Positions 1 through 9,046 of a stretch of DNA of 64,000 nucleotides are shown one piece after another (the stretch's first letter is position 1; each line of letters starts with the position of its first letter). Source of the stretch: an uncultured Clostridiaceae bacterium (GTDB lineage Bacteria; Bacillota; Clostridia; Lutisporales; Lutisporaceae); the NCBI GenBank assembly GCA_964408955.1, contig CAYPBK010000004.1, positions 31,279 through 95,278 on the forward strand, given 5' to 3'. The translations under genes and the position numbers were made by a program. The notes under the pieces were generated by a model. It worked only from the letters and a program-made list of their open reading frames with translations. It was not told where the DNA came from and did not search any database.

Positions 1-534
1 CCGGAGCTGTATGGACGATTAGCCTCGTTGATTGCAATGACAAAAGATGGGCTGTCATCCAGAGGGTTATTGAAAGAAAGGGACAATGAAAGCCTTATAA
101 GGTTGGAAAAGTTGGCACTATATTTAAAAACAATATCAGAGAAAGAATTATCTAATGAAAATCTTACCGATGAAGAGTATGATTTGATTCGTTCCTATGG
201 CGGACAATTAGAACATTTCTGGTTGGAGGCTTTAGCCGATACGGGGGTGGAGCATCGTTCAGCTACTGACACCAATCCTGCTGCTTTGGTAGCAGATGTG
301 GCAACAGATCCTAACGGGTTTGTGTTAGAAGAAGGAACAGGGCATATCTTTGATATATATGCGATAGTTCCCGTTGATGGTAGTCTAAGAATAGCCCAGG
401 GGGGAGTTTACTCCCACTATGAATTTCAATGGCCTATGTCTGATCGCCTGACAGATGAGAAGTGGAGAACCATGCTGGATAATGATGAGGCACCGCCTAT
501 ATCAGATTGGGTCAAAACTTATATTGCTCCATGA
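1..534 (+). CDS. C-terminal part of a DUF3160-like protein (5' end lies outside the window)
   Basis: Frame 1 is open from base 1 with no stop before the listed Met at 28. The C-terminal segment GGVYSHYEFQWPMSDRLTDEKW resembles DUF3160 C-termini from memory. The TGA stop at 532-534 overlaps the next start (ATGA). Confidence 0.45.
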   Translation, partial: PELYGRLASLIAMTKDGLSSRGLLKERDNESLIRLEKLALYLKTISEKELSNENLTDEEYDLIRSYGGQLEHFWLEALADTGVEHRSATDTNPAALVADVATDPNGFVLEEGTGHIFDIYAIVPVDGSLRIAQGGVYSHYEFQWPMSDRLTDEKWRTMLDNDEAPPISDWVKTYIAP

Positions 535-2147
535 GAAAACTTCGTTTATTCATAATTATAATTCTAATTTCAGTACTAATTTTATACATCGGAAATTTTA
601 TTAGAGAGCAATATATAAGCACTAACAGGTATAAGGATTTTGAGAGCTTTCAGCAGTATAAATTAAAGCTTCCCAAGAAAGAAGAATCGATAATCATAGT
701 GACTGTGGGAGATATTATGCTTTCCCGTTTAGTAGATTTAAGGATAAAGCAAAACAGAGATAATGGCTATCCGCTGGATGGGGTAAAATGGTTCTGGCAA
801 AATGCAGACATAGTCTTTGGCAATTTAGAAAACCCTCTAACACCTGGGCGGGAAATTGGAGTTCCGGAAATGGTTTTAAGAGCCAACCCAGAAATGGCTT
901 ATATGCTTAAAGATTCCGGATTTAATATACTTTCCCTTGCCAATAACCATATCTATGATTTTGGTTCTAAAGGGTTGCTTAATACCATAAAAATTCTTGA
1001 CGAAGTTGGTATTAAATACTGCGGTGCTGGAAAGAAAGAAAAACCCTATACTCCCAATTACATAGAGGTCAATGGAAGAAAAATAGCGTTTCTTGCTTTT
1101 ACTGATAAGGAACTGATGCCGGAAATAACTGAGGAAAACGAAGAAAAGTCCGGTATTGCTTTTTTAGATAAAGAAAGAATAGCCATATCTGTCAGTGAGG
1201 TGGTAAGCAATTCAGAATTTCTAATTGTATATTTTCACGGCGGTACGGAATATGCTCCGGAGCCTGATAAAACCATGAGGGATTATACTTATTTAGCAAT
1301 AGACAAAGGCGCTGATTTGGTACTGGGCAGCCATCCTCACGTTGTGCAGAAAGTAGAGAAATATAGAGACAAATATATTTTTCACAGCTTAGGCAACTTT
1401 ATCTTTGACCAGCTATGGTCTCAGGAAACCCGGGAAAGCATTATAGCAAAAATATATATCAGTGAAAATAAGCTGGAAAAGATAGAGCTTATGCCTATTT
1501 ACATAGATGACAATTGTTTCCCTGCTCCTATAAAAGGAGAGGAAGGGCGAAAGGTCGTTGAAAAGCTGGAGCTAAATTGCATAGAGGAAAATATTCCTGT
1601 TTGGGATAAAGAAAAGAAGGTGTTTAGTCAAATTGAACAGTATGTATTTTATACAGATAATTACAAAGAAGAATATAGGCTTAAAAAAAGTCTCCAATTT
1701 GATTTAAATGGTGACGGTATAAAGGAAAAATTCGAACTAAAAGACGGAAGAATAGAGGTTTGGAAAGAAAACAATATTATCTGGCACTCTCCCGAGGAAT
1801 GGTGGGTGGATGATTTTTTTCTGGGTGATGCAGATAATGACGGTATAGATGAACTGGGCTTGGTGGTTTGGAAGACAGGAAGCTTTGGCTCAAAAAAGCC
1901 TTTTTGGTTGGAAGGAGAGGATACAAGCTTTAGGAATCATTTGTTTCTTTATAAATTAATAAATGGTGAAATAAAGCCTGTGTGGCAGTCCTCTAATTTG
2001 GATCAACCGAATTTTCGTGCAACACTTGTTGATTATAATAATGATGGGAGAAATGAGCTGCTGGTTACAGAAGGAAGCTATAAGGATTTTAAGTTAAGAA
2101 AAACAACTCTATGGGAATGGAACGGCTGGGGATTTACTAAGTTGTAA
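531..2147 (+). CDS. CapA/PGA_cap-family metallophosphatase-like protein with an N-terminal membrane anchor and C-terminal FG-GAP/VCBS-like repeats
   Basis: CapA-type motifs are present (VGDIMLSR, LANNHIYDFG, YCGAG, YFHGGTEY, GSHPHV). The C-terminus carries DLNGDGIKE, GDADNDGIDE and DYNNDGRNE repeats. The preferred start is ATG 531 (MRKLRLFIII..., hydrophobic anchor), which overlaps the upstream stop. The track start at 507 is less likely. Confidence 0.75.
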   Translation: MRKLRLFIIIILISVLILYIGNFIREQYISTNRYKDFESFQQYKLKLPKKEESIIIVTVGDIMLSRLVDLRIKQNRDNGYPLDGVKWFWQNADIVFGNLENPLTPGREIGVPEMVLRANPEMAYMLKDSGFNILSLANNHIYDFGSKGLLNTIKILDEVGIKYCGAGKKEKPYTPNYIEVNGRKIAFLAFTDKELMPEITEENEEKSGIAFLDKERIAISVSEVVSNSEFLIVYFHGGTEYAPEPDKTMRDYTYLAIDKGADLVLGSHPHVVQKVEKYRDKYIFHSLGNFIFDQLWSQETRESIIAKIYISENKLEKIELMPIYIDDNCFPAPIKGEEGRKVVEKLELNCIEENIPVWDKEKKVFSQIEQYVFYTDNYKEEYRLKKSLQFDLNGDGIKEKFELKDGRIEVWKENNIIWHSPEEWWVDDFFLGDADNDGIDELGLVVWKTGSFGSKKPFWLEGEDTSFRNHLFLYKLINGEIKPVWQSSNLDQPNFRATLVDYNNDGRNELLVTEGSYKDFKLRKTTLWEWNGWGFTKL

Positions 2148-2199
2148 AGGCTTAAGGGACATCGCCTAAACATATAAAGAAAGAAGGAGAGGAGATAAT

Positions 2200-2871
2200 A
2201 TGGAATACATCAATAAAGAGGAGTTTCTATCAAAAGGTATAAAAGCTTTAGAGGAAATCTATGATATGCTGGAACAGCTTCCGCAATTGAAATTAAATGA
2301 GCTGCAGCCAAAAAGGACAGCTTTTGTTATTATCGATATGATAAACGGCTTTACTAGGGAAGGTGCATTAAAAAGCTCCAGAGTAGAAGGATTGATACCT
2401 GCCATTGTGGAGCTTTCCCGAAAATGCGATAAGCATGGCATAGTAAAAATAGCTTTTGCGGATAACCATACGGACGCCTCGCCGGAGTTTGGCGCTTACC
2501 CTGTCCATTGTATGGAGAATACCTATGAAAGCGAAGTTGTAGAGGAAATAAAAGAAGTGGGTGGCTATATTCTTATACCGAAAAACTCCACTAACGGAGT
2601 ATTGGAGGAAAGATTTCAAGATTGGTTAGGGGAAAATGAAAACATTGATACATTTATAATCACAGGAGGCTGCACTGATATATGTATACAACAATTTGCT
2701 ATAACACTAAAAACCTGGTTTAATATGCATAACAAAAAGAGCAGGATTATCGTTCCCGTTAATGGAGTAGAGACCTATGACCTTGGGCTTCATAGCGGAG
2801 ATCTGGTACATGTTATGGCTTTGTTTAATATGGTAACCAACGGTATTGAGCTTGTTGCATCCTTATACTAG
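2200..2871 (+). CDS. Isochorismatase-family cysteine hydrolase (nicotinamidase/amidase-like)
   Basis: Family motifs are present: AFVIIDMINGF, ADNHT and the ITGGCTDICIQQ catalytic Cys motif. A GGAGAGGAG RBS lies upstream. Confidence 0.75.
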   Translation: MEYINKEEFLSKGIKALEEIYDMLEQLPQLKLNELQPKRTAFVIIDMINGFTREGALKSSRVEGLIPAIVELSRKCDKHGIVKIAFADNHTDASPEFGAYPVHCMENTYESEVVEEIKEVGGYILIPKNSTNGVLEERFQDWLGENENIDTFIITGGCTDICIQQFAITLKTWFNMHNKKSRIIVPVNGVETYDLGLHSGDLVHVMALFNMVTNGIELVASLY

Positions 2872-2890
2872 AGAATTTAGGATAAATATA

Positions 2891-3475
2891 TTATAAAAAC
2901 AAGGAAATGGCGCAATACAAAAGAAGTAAAGCCATGATGGTGTTAATAATTTTATAATTGTTAATCAGAAGCTTTTGAAATATAGTTCCGAAGAGACCCC
3001 AACAGCAATTGGATATAAAAGTCATAGAGCAAAGGAAAACAGCAAAGCCAATGTATATAATACCGGCTTTGTAATAAGGTACGACAAAGGTGGTTACTGT
3101 TGTAATTGCATAGATGATACCCTTGGGATTGACAAACTGCAGAAGCAAGCCTGAAATATACTTATTAGTATGCTTACCATTTTTCGTTTCGCTATTTGGT
3201 TTGCTTCTATATGTGTTCCAAGCCAGCCATAGGATGTAACCGGCGCCAACGAAGGTCATTACTGGTTGAATAGTGGGCATTATGCTAAAAAGTAAAGCAC
3301 TGAAAAAGCTGCATAAAGAAAATAGTATAAAAAAACCGGAAGACACACCTGCATTGAAAAATAAGCTTTTCTTAAATCCATATCGTCCCGCATTGGACAT
3401 AGCCATTATATTATTTGGACCCGGTGTGAAGGTTGTAATTATAGCATAGGAAAGGAAAGCCGGAAAATTCGGCAT
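2891..3475 (-). CDS. LysE/RhtB-family amino-acid efflux protein
   Basis: 194-aa polytopic protein with the N-terminal TPGPNN motif typical of LysE translocators. Confidence 0.8.
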   Translation of the reverse strand: MPNFPAFLSYAIITTFTPGPNNIMAMSNAGRYGFKKSLFFNAGVSSGFFILFSLCSFFSALLFSIMPTIQPVMTFVGAGYILWLAWNTYRSKPNSETKNGKHTNKYISGLLLQFVNPKGIIYAITTVTTFVVPYYKAGIIYIGFAVFLCSMTFISNCCWGLFGTIFQKLLINNYKIINTIMALLLLYCAISLFL

Positions 3476-3782
3476 AAAATCGTCTCCTTAAATTAATATA
3501 GCTATATTATAACAGAATTACCGTATATTTTTAATACAATATAAAGCAGTTTATTTATATACCGTGTCAAATTTTCTTCATTTTACTTGAGAATGACACA
3601 TGGTTAAAAAGTGGCATTTCCGTTATTTATCGCCCTAAAAATTTATAAGAAGCTATATAGCTTTATAGCTTTAGAATAATTATTTAATGTGATAAAGTCG
3701 TTTTTGTTGGCAAATTACATTGGAAAGCCTTGTTTTTTGTTGTATAATATTTCTTAAGACTGGTTTTTAAGAGGTGCTAAAA

Positions 3783-5177
3783 ATGATTAAGACTCGGAAA
3801 CATTCTATTATTGCTATTACCTTATTCTCTTTTTATCTATTATCTTTCCTTTTTCAGGGACAAGTTTTACATACTATAATCGATAAGTTTGATATAAGCT
3901 TGCAAAGCATTTTTTTTTACGCAATAATTTCTAACTTTCTCGGCTTGTTTACATGTGGATTTTTAATAAAAAAATATGGCTTCCCAAAAAGAATTATGGT
4001 TATATCAACAATTGTTTGCATAGTGTTTATACTGCCTTTCTTTTTTCCACCTTCCTTGTTGTGGCATATCTCTTTGATTGTTAGTTCTTTTATGGCTGGC
4101 CTATATGTTGCGGCATGGGGATTTTATTTTAAAAATTATACATCGCCTAAGGAAAGAATTAAAACCGCAGCAGATGTGTTAATATTTTCAAATGTTTTAA
4201 TGATTATGATAAATACTTTGGCAGCTTATATTTCTCCGTTTATAGCGCTTGGCTGCTCTATAATGATTTTATTTATATCATTATATTTTCAGATGCAATT
4301 GCCTGAAATCCAAATAATTGATAAAAGCAGCGGAATCATGGATAATAATGAAATAACAAATCAAAGAAATTTTATGAATGCTTTTATTATATTATGTATT
4401 TTTATTGGGGTAATTACTATTAATTCCGGGCTAATGTATCAAGTGATTAATCCTGCATTTGAGCACTTAAGATGGCTTGTTAGCTGGTATTGGGCTATTC
4501 CTTATATTGCTGCAATATATATTATGAAAAACTTGCCGGAAAAAATTAATCATAATTATATGTTATATGTTGCTATTGCTATGATGGGATTTTCATTTTT
4601 AGCGTTTATGACATTAGGTAGATCTGCCGGCAGTTATTTAGTGATCAATACTCTTATGCTGGGTGCCTGTGGAGTTTATGACTTATTCTGGTGGAGTATA
4701 TTAGGAGAAATGTTGGATTATCATGATAACCCATCGCGGGTTTTTGGGGTGGGACTTTCCGCTAATGTTCTAGGTATTTTGGCAGGCAGCTTCATAGTGA
4801 ATATATATGATGAAAAAAACATAAGGAATACCACAACGATAATTGCGTTTGTTGTTATTTTTATTACTTTGATGATATTGCCAATTCTTCACAAATACTT
4901 ACTAAACTTATTGAGGAATCATGCGTTTCTAACTACCTTTTATGAAATGGAAGAGGTTAAGCAGAATAAAAACATTTCCTTTCTAATTGAAATGGGTAAG
5001 CTAACCCAAAGGGAAAGCCAGATTGCCGAATTGCTTTTAAAAGGGAGAACATATAAAATGATAGCAAATGAGTTCTGTTTAAGTGAGAATACAGTGAAAA
5101 CACATGTGAAAAATATATATTCAAAGTTAGAAGTAAAAAGTAAAGTCGAGCTCATGGATTTAATAATAGGGAAATAG
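3783..5177 (+). CDS. Polytopic membrane protein fused to a C-terminal LuxR/GerE-type HTH (membrane-bound one-component regulator)
   Basis: About 10-12 hydrophobic helices are followed by LTQRESQIAELLLKGRTYKMIANEFCLSENTVKTHVKNIYSKLEV, a classic GerE HTH. The ATG at 3783 is preceded by AGAGGTG. A TATAAT lies near 3743. Confidence 0.7.
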   Translation: MIKTRKHSIIAITLFSFYLLSFLFQGQVLHTIIDKFDISLQSIFFYAIISNFLGLFTCGFLIKKYGFPKRIMVISTIVCIVFILPFFFPPSLLWHISLIVSSFMAGLYVAAWGFYFKNYTSPKERIKTAADVLIFSNVLMIMINTLAAYISPFIALGCSIMILFISLYFQMQLPEIQIIDKSSGIMDNNEITNQRNFMNAFIILCIFIGVITINSGLMYQVINPAFEHLRWLVSWYWAIPYIAAIYIMKNLPEKINHNYMLYVAIAMMGFSFLAFMTLGRSAGSYLVINTLMLGACGVYDLFWWSILGEMLDYHDNPSRVFGVGLSANVLGILAGSFIVNIYDEKNIRNTTTIIAFVVIFITLMILPILHKYLLNLLRNHAFLTTFYEMEEVKQNKNISFLIEMGKLTQRESQIAELLLKGRTYKMIANEFCLSENTVKTHVKNIYSKLEVKSKVELMDLIIGK

Positions 5178-5191
5178 CTAATAGACTAGCT

Positions 5192-5219
5192 CCTCACCCA
5201 TTACGGGTGAGGTTTTTTT
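5192..5219 (+). terminator. Rho-independent terminator
   Basis: Stem CCTCACCC (5192-5199), loop ATTAC, stem GGGTGAGG (5205-5212), followed by a T7 run. Confidence 0.85.
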
Positions 5220-5369
5220 ATTTATATATATAAAATCACCCTCTTTGGGTGTCGGCTATTTAATAAAAATAAACTATGATGTATTAAATATTATTTAAAA
5301 TTATTTTAATTTAATTTAAAACTTTTTGATAAGGGGGATAGCATTAATTCTTTAACAAAAGAGTAAATC

Positions 5370-5473
5370 AAAAATAAAAATAGAGGAGAGAAAAAATGAA
5401 GAAACAATTATCGTTATTTATCGCATTAACAATCGTTTTTAGTTTAGTAAGCGGACTTTCTATAGTAGTTTCC
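5370..5473 (+). repeat. 5' duplicated block (RBS + signal peptide), copy 1
   Basis: AAAAATAAAAATAGAGGAGAGAAAAAATGAAGAAA... is near-identical to 7577-7681. Confidence 0.85.
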
Positions 5474-6847
5474 GCCGATGGGAATCATCAATGGGTTTTA
5501 GTTGAGACACACTATTTTCCCATACCTCCCGAAAACAACGAAGAAAGCAGCGGTTTGTGGAATTGTAAAAGCAGTATGGGGAATAACACAGTGGAATTAG
5601 AATCAATTATAAATGATCCTTATGACAAAACAAATTATAGTAATCTTCATGCCATATATAGATGGAGCGATTTACCTCAAGTCATACAGCCAAACGGAAG
5701 GTTAGTTGTAAAGGTAGAACAGGAAGCAATAAAGAGAGTATTTGGTAATAGGACTGATTCTCTTTACCCTTACATGAAAATGGATGCACCTGATCTTGAG
5801 CTTGGTTATGGAACAGCAAGCAGTGAAGAAGCAAAGATTATTCTTCCTAACGGGACGGAGGAAAGGTATGCCAAATTTGGTTATGGCGGACATGAGCTGC
5901 TGCAAAGAAATGGCACATTTGATATGGTAATTGAGGATTTTGGAAAAGGCTATACGGAGAATCAAAGAAAAGGTGTTTATGTTGGCTTCTGGGGTGTGAA
6001 AAAATTAATGGGAGTTAGGTATGTTTACGAATGGCAGGAAATGAGTAGTACAGTAGGCACTTTCCCTACAGAAACCACTATAACCATTATTTCAACACAG
6101 ACAACGCAGCCCCCGGCTGAATCGACTGTACCATCCGCACCGACATCGTCAGATAAAGGAGCCGAAGCTTTTGAATCAGGAGCAAGAATAATGTGGCCAG
6201 AAGTTGCAAATATACTTGGATATAGATTATATAGGTCTAAAAATCAAGGACAATTGGGAATATCAGTAACGGATTTCTATATCACCAGCACATCCTATGC
6301 TGATGTAAACGTTGAGCCTAATACGACTTATTACTATTCTGTAAAACCTGTATTGGCTGAAGCAAACCCCTATCAAGGAATAGAGGAAAAACTGGGAGAT
6401 GTAATAGCTACTTTTGTAGTGACGACGGGAGGGCAAATCTATAAACCGGGACATTTCAAGCATTTTATCATGCTGAAATTGGATAGTCCTTATATGAGCA
6501 AAGACGGAGTAGAAGAAGAAGTGGATCCGGGGCGAGGAACTTCACCTATAGTATTGGCAGGAAGAACAATGGTTCCAATAAGAGCAGTTGTTGAGGCTAT
6601 GGGCGGAACCGTAGGCTGGGACGGGGGAACAAGTCTAATAACACTAAATGCAAGAGGGAATAAAGTTGAAATGTGGCTGGGCAAAACAGATATAAAAGTA
6701 AACGGAGCAGCAAAAGAAATGGATATAGCTCCGGTGGCAAAAGACGGCAGAACCTATGTACCTGTTAGATTCGCAGCAGAAAATCTAAACTGCAAAGTAG
6801 ATTGGATAAACAGTACTAAAGAAGCGGTTATTGTTTACGAAGAATAA
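5396..6847 (+). CDS. Secreted protein: signal peptide, unique N-domain, Pro/Thr linker, FN3-like domain and a C-terminal copper-amine-oxidase-N-like (stalk) domain
   Basis: Signal peptide [27 protein letters not shown]. The C-terminal segment [19 protein letters not shown]...[21 protein letters not shown] is typical of the Cu_amine_oxidN1 domain. A strong GAGGAGAG RBS is present. Confidence 0.7.
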   Translation: MKKQLSLFIALTIVFSLVSGLSIVVSADGNHQWVLVETHYFPIPPENNEESSGLWNCKSSMGNNTVELESIINDPYDKTNYSNLHAIYRWSDLPQVIQPNGRLVVKVEQEAIKRVFGNRTDSLYPYMKMDAPDLELGYGTASSEEAKIILPNGTEERYAKFGYGGHELLQRNGTFDMVIEDFGKGYTENQRKGVYVGFWGVKKLMGVRYVYEWQEMSSTVGTFPTETTITIISTQTTQPPAESTVPSAPTSSDKGAEAFESGARIMWPEVANILGYRLYRSKNQGQLGISVTDFYITSTSYADVNVEPNTTYYYSVKPVLAEANPYQGIEEKLGDVIATFVVTTGGQIYKPGHFKHFIMLKLDSPYMSKDGVEEEVDPGRGTSPIVLAGRTMVPIRAVVEAMGGTVGWDGGTSLITLNARGNKVEMWLGKTDIKVNGAAKEMDIAPVAKDGRTYVPVRFAAENLNCKVDWINSTKEAVIVYEE

Positions 6848-6850
6848 ATT
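6152..6850 (+). repeat. 3' duplicated block (~700 bp), copy 1
   Basis: Collinear with 8081-8779 at a constant offset of 1929 nt. About 14 mismatches by eye. Confidence 0.9.
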
Positions 6851-6916
6851 CGTGGGATTTTGCGACTCATGGGGGCTCTTGGATAGAGCCCCGTGAGCCT
6901 AAAGGAGAAATGTATT

Positions 6917-7423
6917 GTGGAAGGAATAAAGCAAAGACTAAGCTTTTATTTTATTTTACTGGTTACATCATTCGTATTTTTAATAACATTTTATGCAAGA
7001 ATGATTGAACACAGTAAAATTAGCATTGTCATTGTCTTTGCTATATTTCTTCTTGTATTTTTAATAGTATTTACTTTATTTTTATCTGAGTATAGAAACT
7101 ATAGATATGCTTTATTAATTGTCGAAAACAAGATATTCGATATTCAAGCAGCAGTGGATGATTGTTTTTCAAATAATAGTATTGAATTTATAATATCTTG
7201 TTTTGGTATATTGGTGGGAACAAAGATTATAAGGTTTAATGTGGAAGGAATACAACTAAAGGAAGTGGTTATCTCAAACAAAGTTATAAGTATAACCTAT
7301 GAAAAGGATAACAAAAGAAGAAATATTAAATTGCTGCACGGAATAGCAGAAAAGGCCAAGGTAAAAGAAATATCTGAAAAATTCCAATTTGAAACCGGGA
7401 TTAACCCTTTTATTCTAGATTAA
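6917..7423 (+). CDS. Small membrane protein of unknown function
   Basis: Two hydrophobic helices followed by a soluble tail. In-frame GTG 6917 lies 9 nt after AAGGAG (6902-6907). The track start at 6893 falls inside the upstream hairpin (6871-6892). Confidence 0.45.
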   Translation: MEGIKQRLSFYFILLVTSFVFLITFYARMIEHSKISIVIVFAIFLLVFLIVFTLFLSEYRNYRYALLIVENKIFDIQAAVDDCFSNNSIEFIISCFGILVGTKIIRFNVEGIQLKEVVISNKVISITYEKDNKRRNIKLLHGIAEKAKVKEISEKFQFETGINPFILD

Positions 7424-7576
7424 TATCACTTAGTTTTTAAGCGTCACGTTAAAATCTAAAATTATATCGAAAGAGGAATAATTATGGGATAGGGAAAACA
7501 TTCATCTTTTAAAAAAATGCATTCTTGAATGGTTATATCCTTCTAGCGGCAATAGGATATGGGCAGAAATTTTAGT

Positions 7577-7681
7577 AAAAATAAAAATAGAGGAGAGAAA
7601 AAAATGAAGAAAAATTTATCGTTGTTTATCGCATTAACTATCGTTTTTAGTTTGTTAAGCGGACTATCTATTATAGTTTCT
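7577..7681 (+). repeat. 5' duplicated block (RBS + signal peptide), copy 2
   Basis: Aligns with 5370-5473 with a few substitutions and a 1-nt A-run difference. Confidence 0.85.
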
Positions 7682-8776
7682 GCACAGCCTACAGCTACAT
7701 CATCAAATGAAAGCATAGATTTTGGCAAGTACTCTTGGACCGGAGAATGGGATACTAATTGGGGAAAGATGGTTCTGACACAAAACAGTTCTGTTGTAAC
7801 CGGGGACTATACCCATGACAAAGGAAAAATATCAGGCACTATTAATGGTAATAAACTAATAGGAACATGGGCTGAATCCCCAAAATATGCACCTCCAAAT
7901 GATGCAGGGGACATTGAATTTACAATGTCTGATGATGGAAAGAGTTTTTCCGGTAAATGGCGTTATGGTTCTTCGGGCTCCTGGGGTAATTGGGAAGGCG
8001 GAAAAAGAATTACTGAAGTATTGCCGGCACCATCAACACCGACGCAACCTGCTACACCTCCATCCACACCGGCATCGACAGACAAAGGAGCCGAAGTTTT
8101 TGAATCAGGAGCAAGAATAATGTGGCCAGAAGTTGCAAATATACTTGGATACAGATTATATAGGTCTAAAAATCAAGGACAATTAGGAATATCAGTAACG
8201 GATTTCTATATCACCAGCACATCCTATGCTGATGTAAATGTCGAGCCTAATACGACTTATTATTATTCTGTAAAACCTGTATTGGCTGAAGCAAATCCTT
8301 ATCAAGGAATAGAGGAAAAACTGGGAGATGTAATAGCTACTTTTGTAGTGACTACGGGAGGTCAAATCTATAAACCGGGACATTTCAAGCATTTTATCAT
8401 GCTGAAATTGGATAGTCCTTATATGAGCAAAGACGGAGTAGAAGAAGAAGTGGATCCGGGGCGAGGAACTTCACCTATAGTATTGGCAGGAAGAACAATG
8501 GTTCCAATAAGAGCAGTTGTTGAGGCTATGGGCGGAACCGTAGGCTGGGACGGGGGAACAAGTCTAATAACACTAAATGCAAGAGGGAATAAAGTTGAAA
8601 TGTGGCTGGGCAAAACAGATATAAAAGTAAACGGAGCAGCAAAAGAAATGGATATAGCTCCGGTGGCAAAAGACGGCAGAACCTATGTGCCTGTTAGATT
8701 CGCAGCAGAAAATTTAAACTGCAAAGTAGATTGGATAAACAGTACTAAAGAAGCAGTTATTGTTTACGAAGAATAA
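7604..8776 (+). CDS. Paralog of 5396-6847: same signal peptide and same C-terminal FN3 + Cu-amine-oxidase-N-like module, with a different N-domain
   Basis: The ATG at 7604 ([27 protein letters not shown]) has the same RBS context as 5396. The last ~232 aa are nearly identical to the 5396 product. The track start at 7559 runs through the RBS. Confidence 0.7.
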   Translation: MKKNLSLFIALTIVFSLLSGLSIIVSAQPTATSSNESIDFGKYSWTGEWDTNWGKMVLTQNSSVVTGDYTHDKGKISGTINGNKLIGTWAESPKYAPPNDAGDIEFTMSDDGKSFSGKWRYGSSGSWGNWEGGKRITEVLPAPSTPTQPATPPSTPASTDKGAEVFESGARIMWPEVANILGYRLYRSKNQGQLGISVTDFYITSTSYADVNVEPNTTYYYSVKPVLAEANPYQGIEEKLGDVIATFVVTTGGQIYKPGHFKHFIMLKLDSPYMSKDGVEEEVDPGRGTSPIVLAGRTMVPIRAVVEAMGGTVGWDGGTSLITLNARGNKVEMWLGKTDIKVNGAAKEMDIAPVAKDGRTYVPVRFAAENLNCKVDWINSTKEAVIVYEE

Positions 8777-8779
8777 ATA
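8081..8779 (+). repeat. 3' duplicated block (~700 bp), copy 2
   Basis: Collinear with 6152-6850. The antisense track ORFs 6263-6463/8192-8392 and 6490-6684/8419-8613 are mirror artefacts of this repeat. Confidence 0.9.
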
Positions 8780-8849
8780 CGAAAGATCATATAAGACTAC
8801 AAAATGACTCGCGGTGACTGACTGAGACCACTGAAAAAGTTACTTTATT

Positions 8850-8927
8850 GTCATTCTGAGCGTTAGCAAGGAATCTTAATGTGTTGGTAAAACATGATTC
8901 CTCACTTCGTTCAGAGTGACTTTTTTT
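8850..8927 (+). terminator. Long imperfect hairpin + T7 (intrinsic terminator / repeat-like element)
   Basis: GTCATTCTGAGCGTTAGCAAGGAATC (8850-8875) pairs with GATTCCTCACTTCGTTCAGAGTGAC (8896-8920), followed by TTTTTTT. Confidence 0.7.
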
Positions 8928-9046
8928 GGGAAACATGTATTTGTCAGTGATTTTGGAATGGCACCGTGAGTCTTTTATTATGTAGCAAAATTGTGCTATA
9001 ATAGTTGGAAACGAGTGGATAATTCAATTTATTTGGCGGTGATAAA

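Noticed and set aside
2259-2619. Antisense track ORFs inside the isochorismatase gene, and the many similar 60-135-aa antisense or out-of-frame ORFs throughout the window. Examples: 4940-5155, 5702-5965, 9556-10674, 13454-15541, 18530-20165, 21435-21966, 23519-23857, 24304-25113, 25956-26273, 32914-35335, 36749-37728, 38687-40259, 40851-41420, 44076-44709, 45967-46359, 47473-47959, 48417-48888, 50667-50912, 55834-57910, 58934-59347, 60265-60593, 61440-61875.
   Set aside because: They lie entirely within, and opposite to or out of frame with, long ORFs that carry strong family motifs. They have low-complexity or Ser/Leu/Ile-rich composition typical of antisense reading of AT-rich genes, and they lack an RBS.
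7887-8120. 77-aa plus-strand ORF overlapping the 7604-8776 gene in another frame
   Set aside because: It is embedded in the Pro/Thr-linker region of a well-supported gene. The His/Arg-rich translation is typical of an off-frame read.
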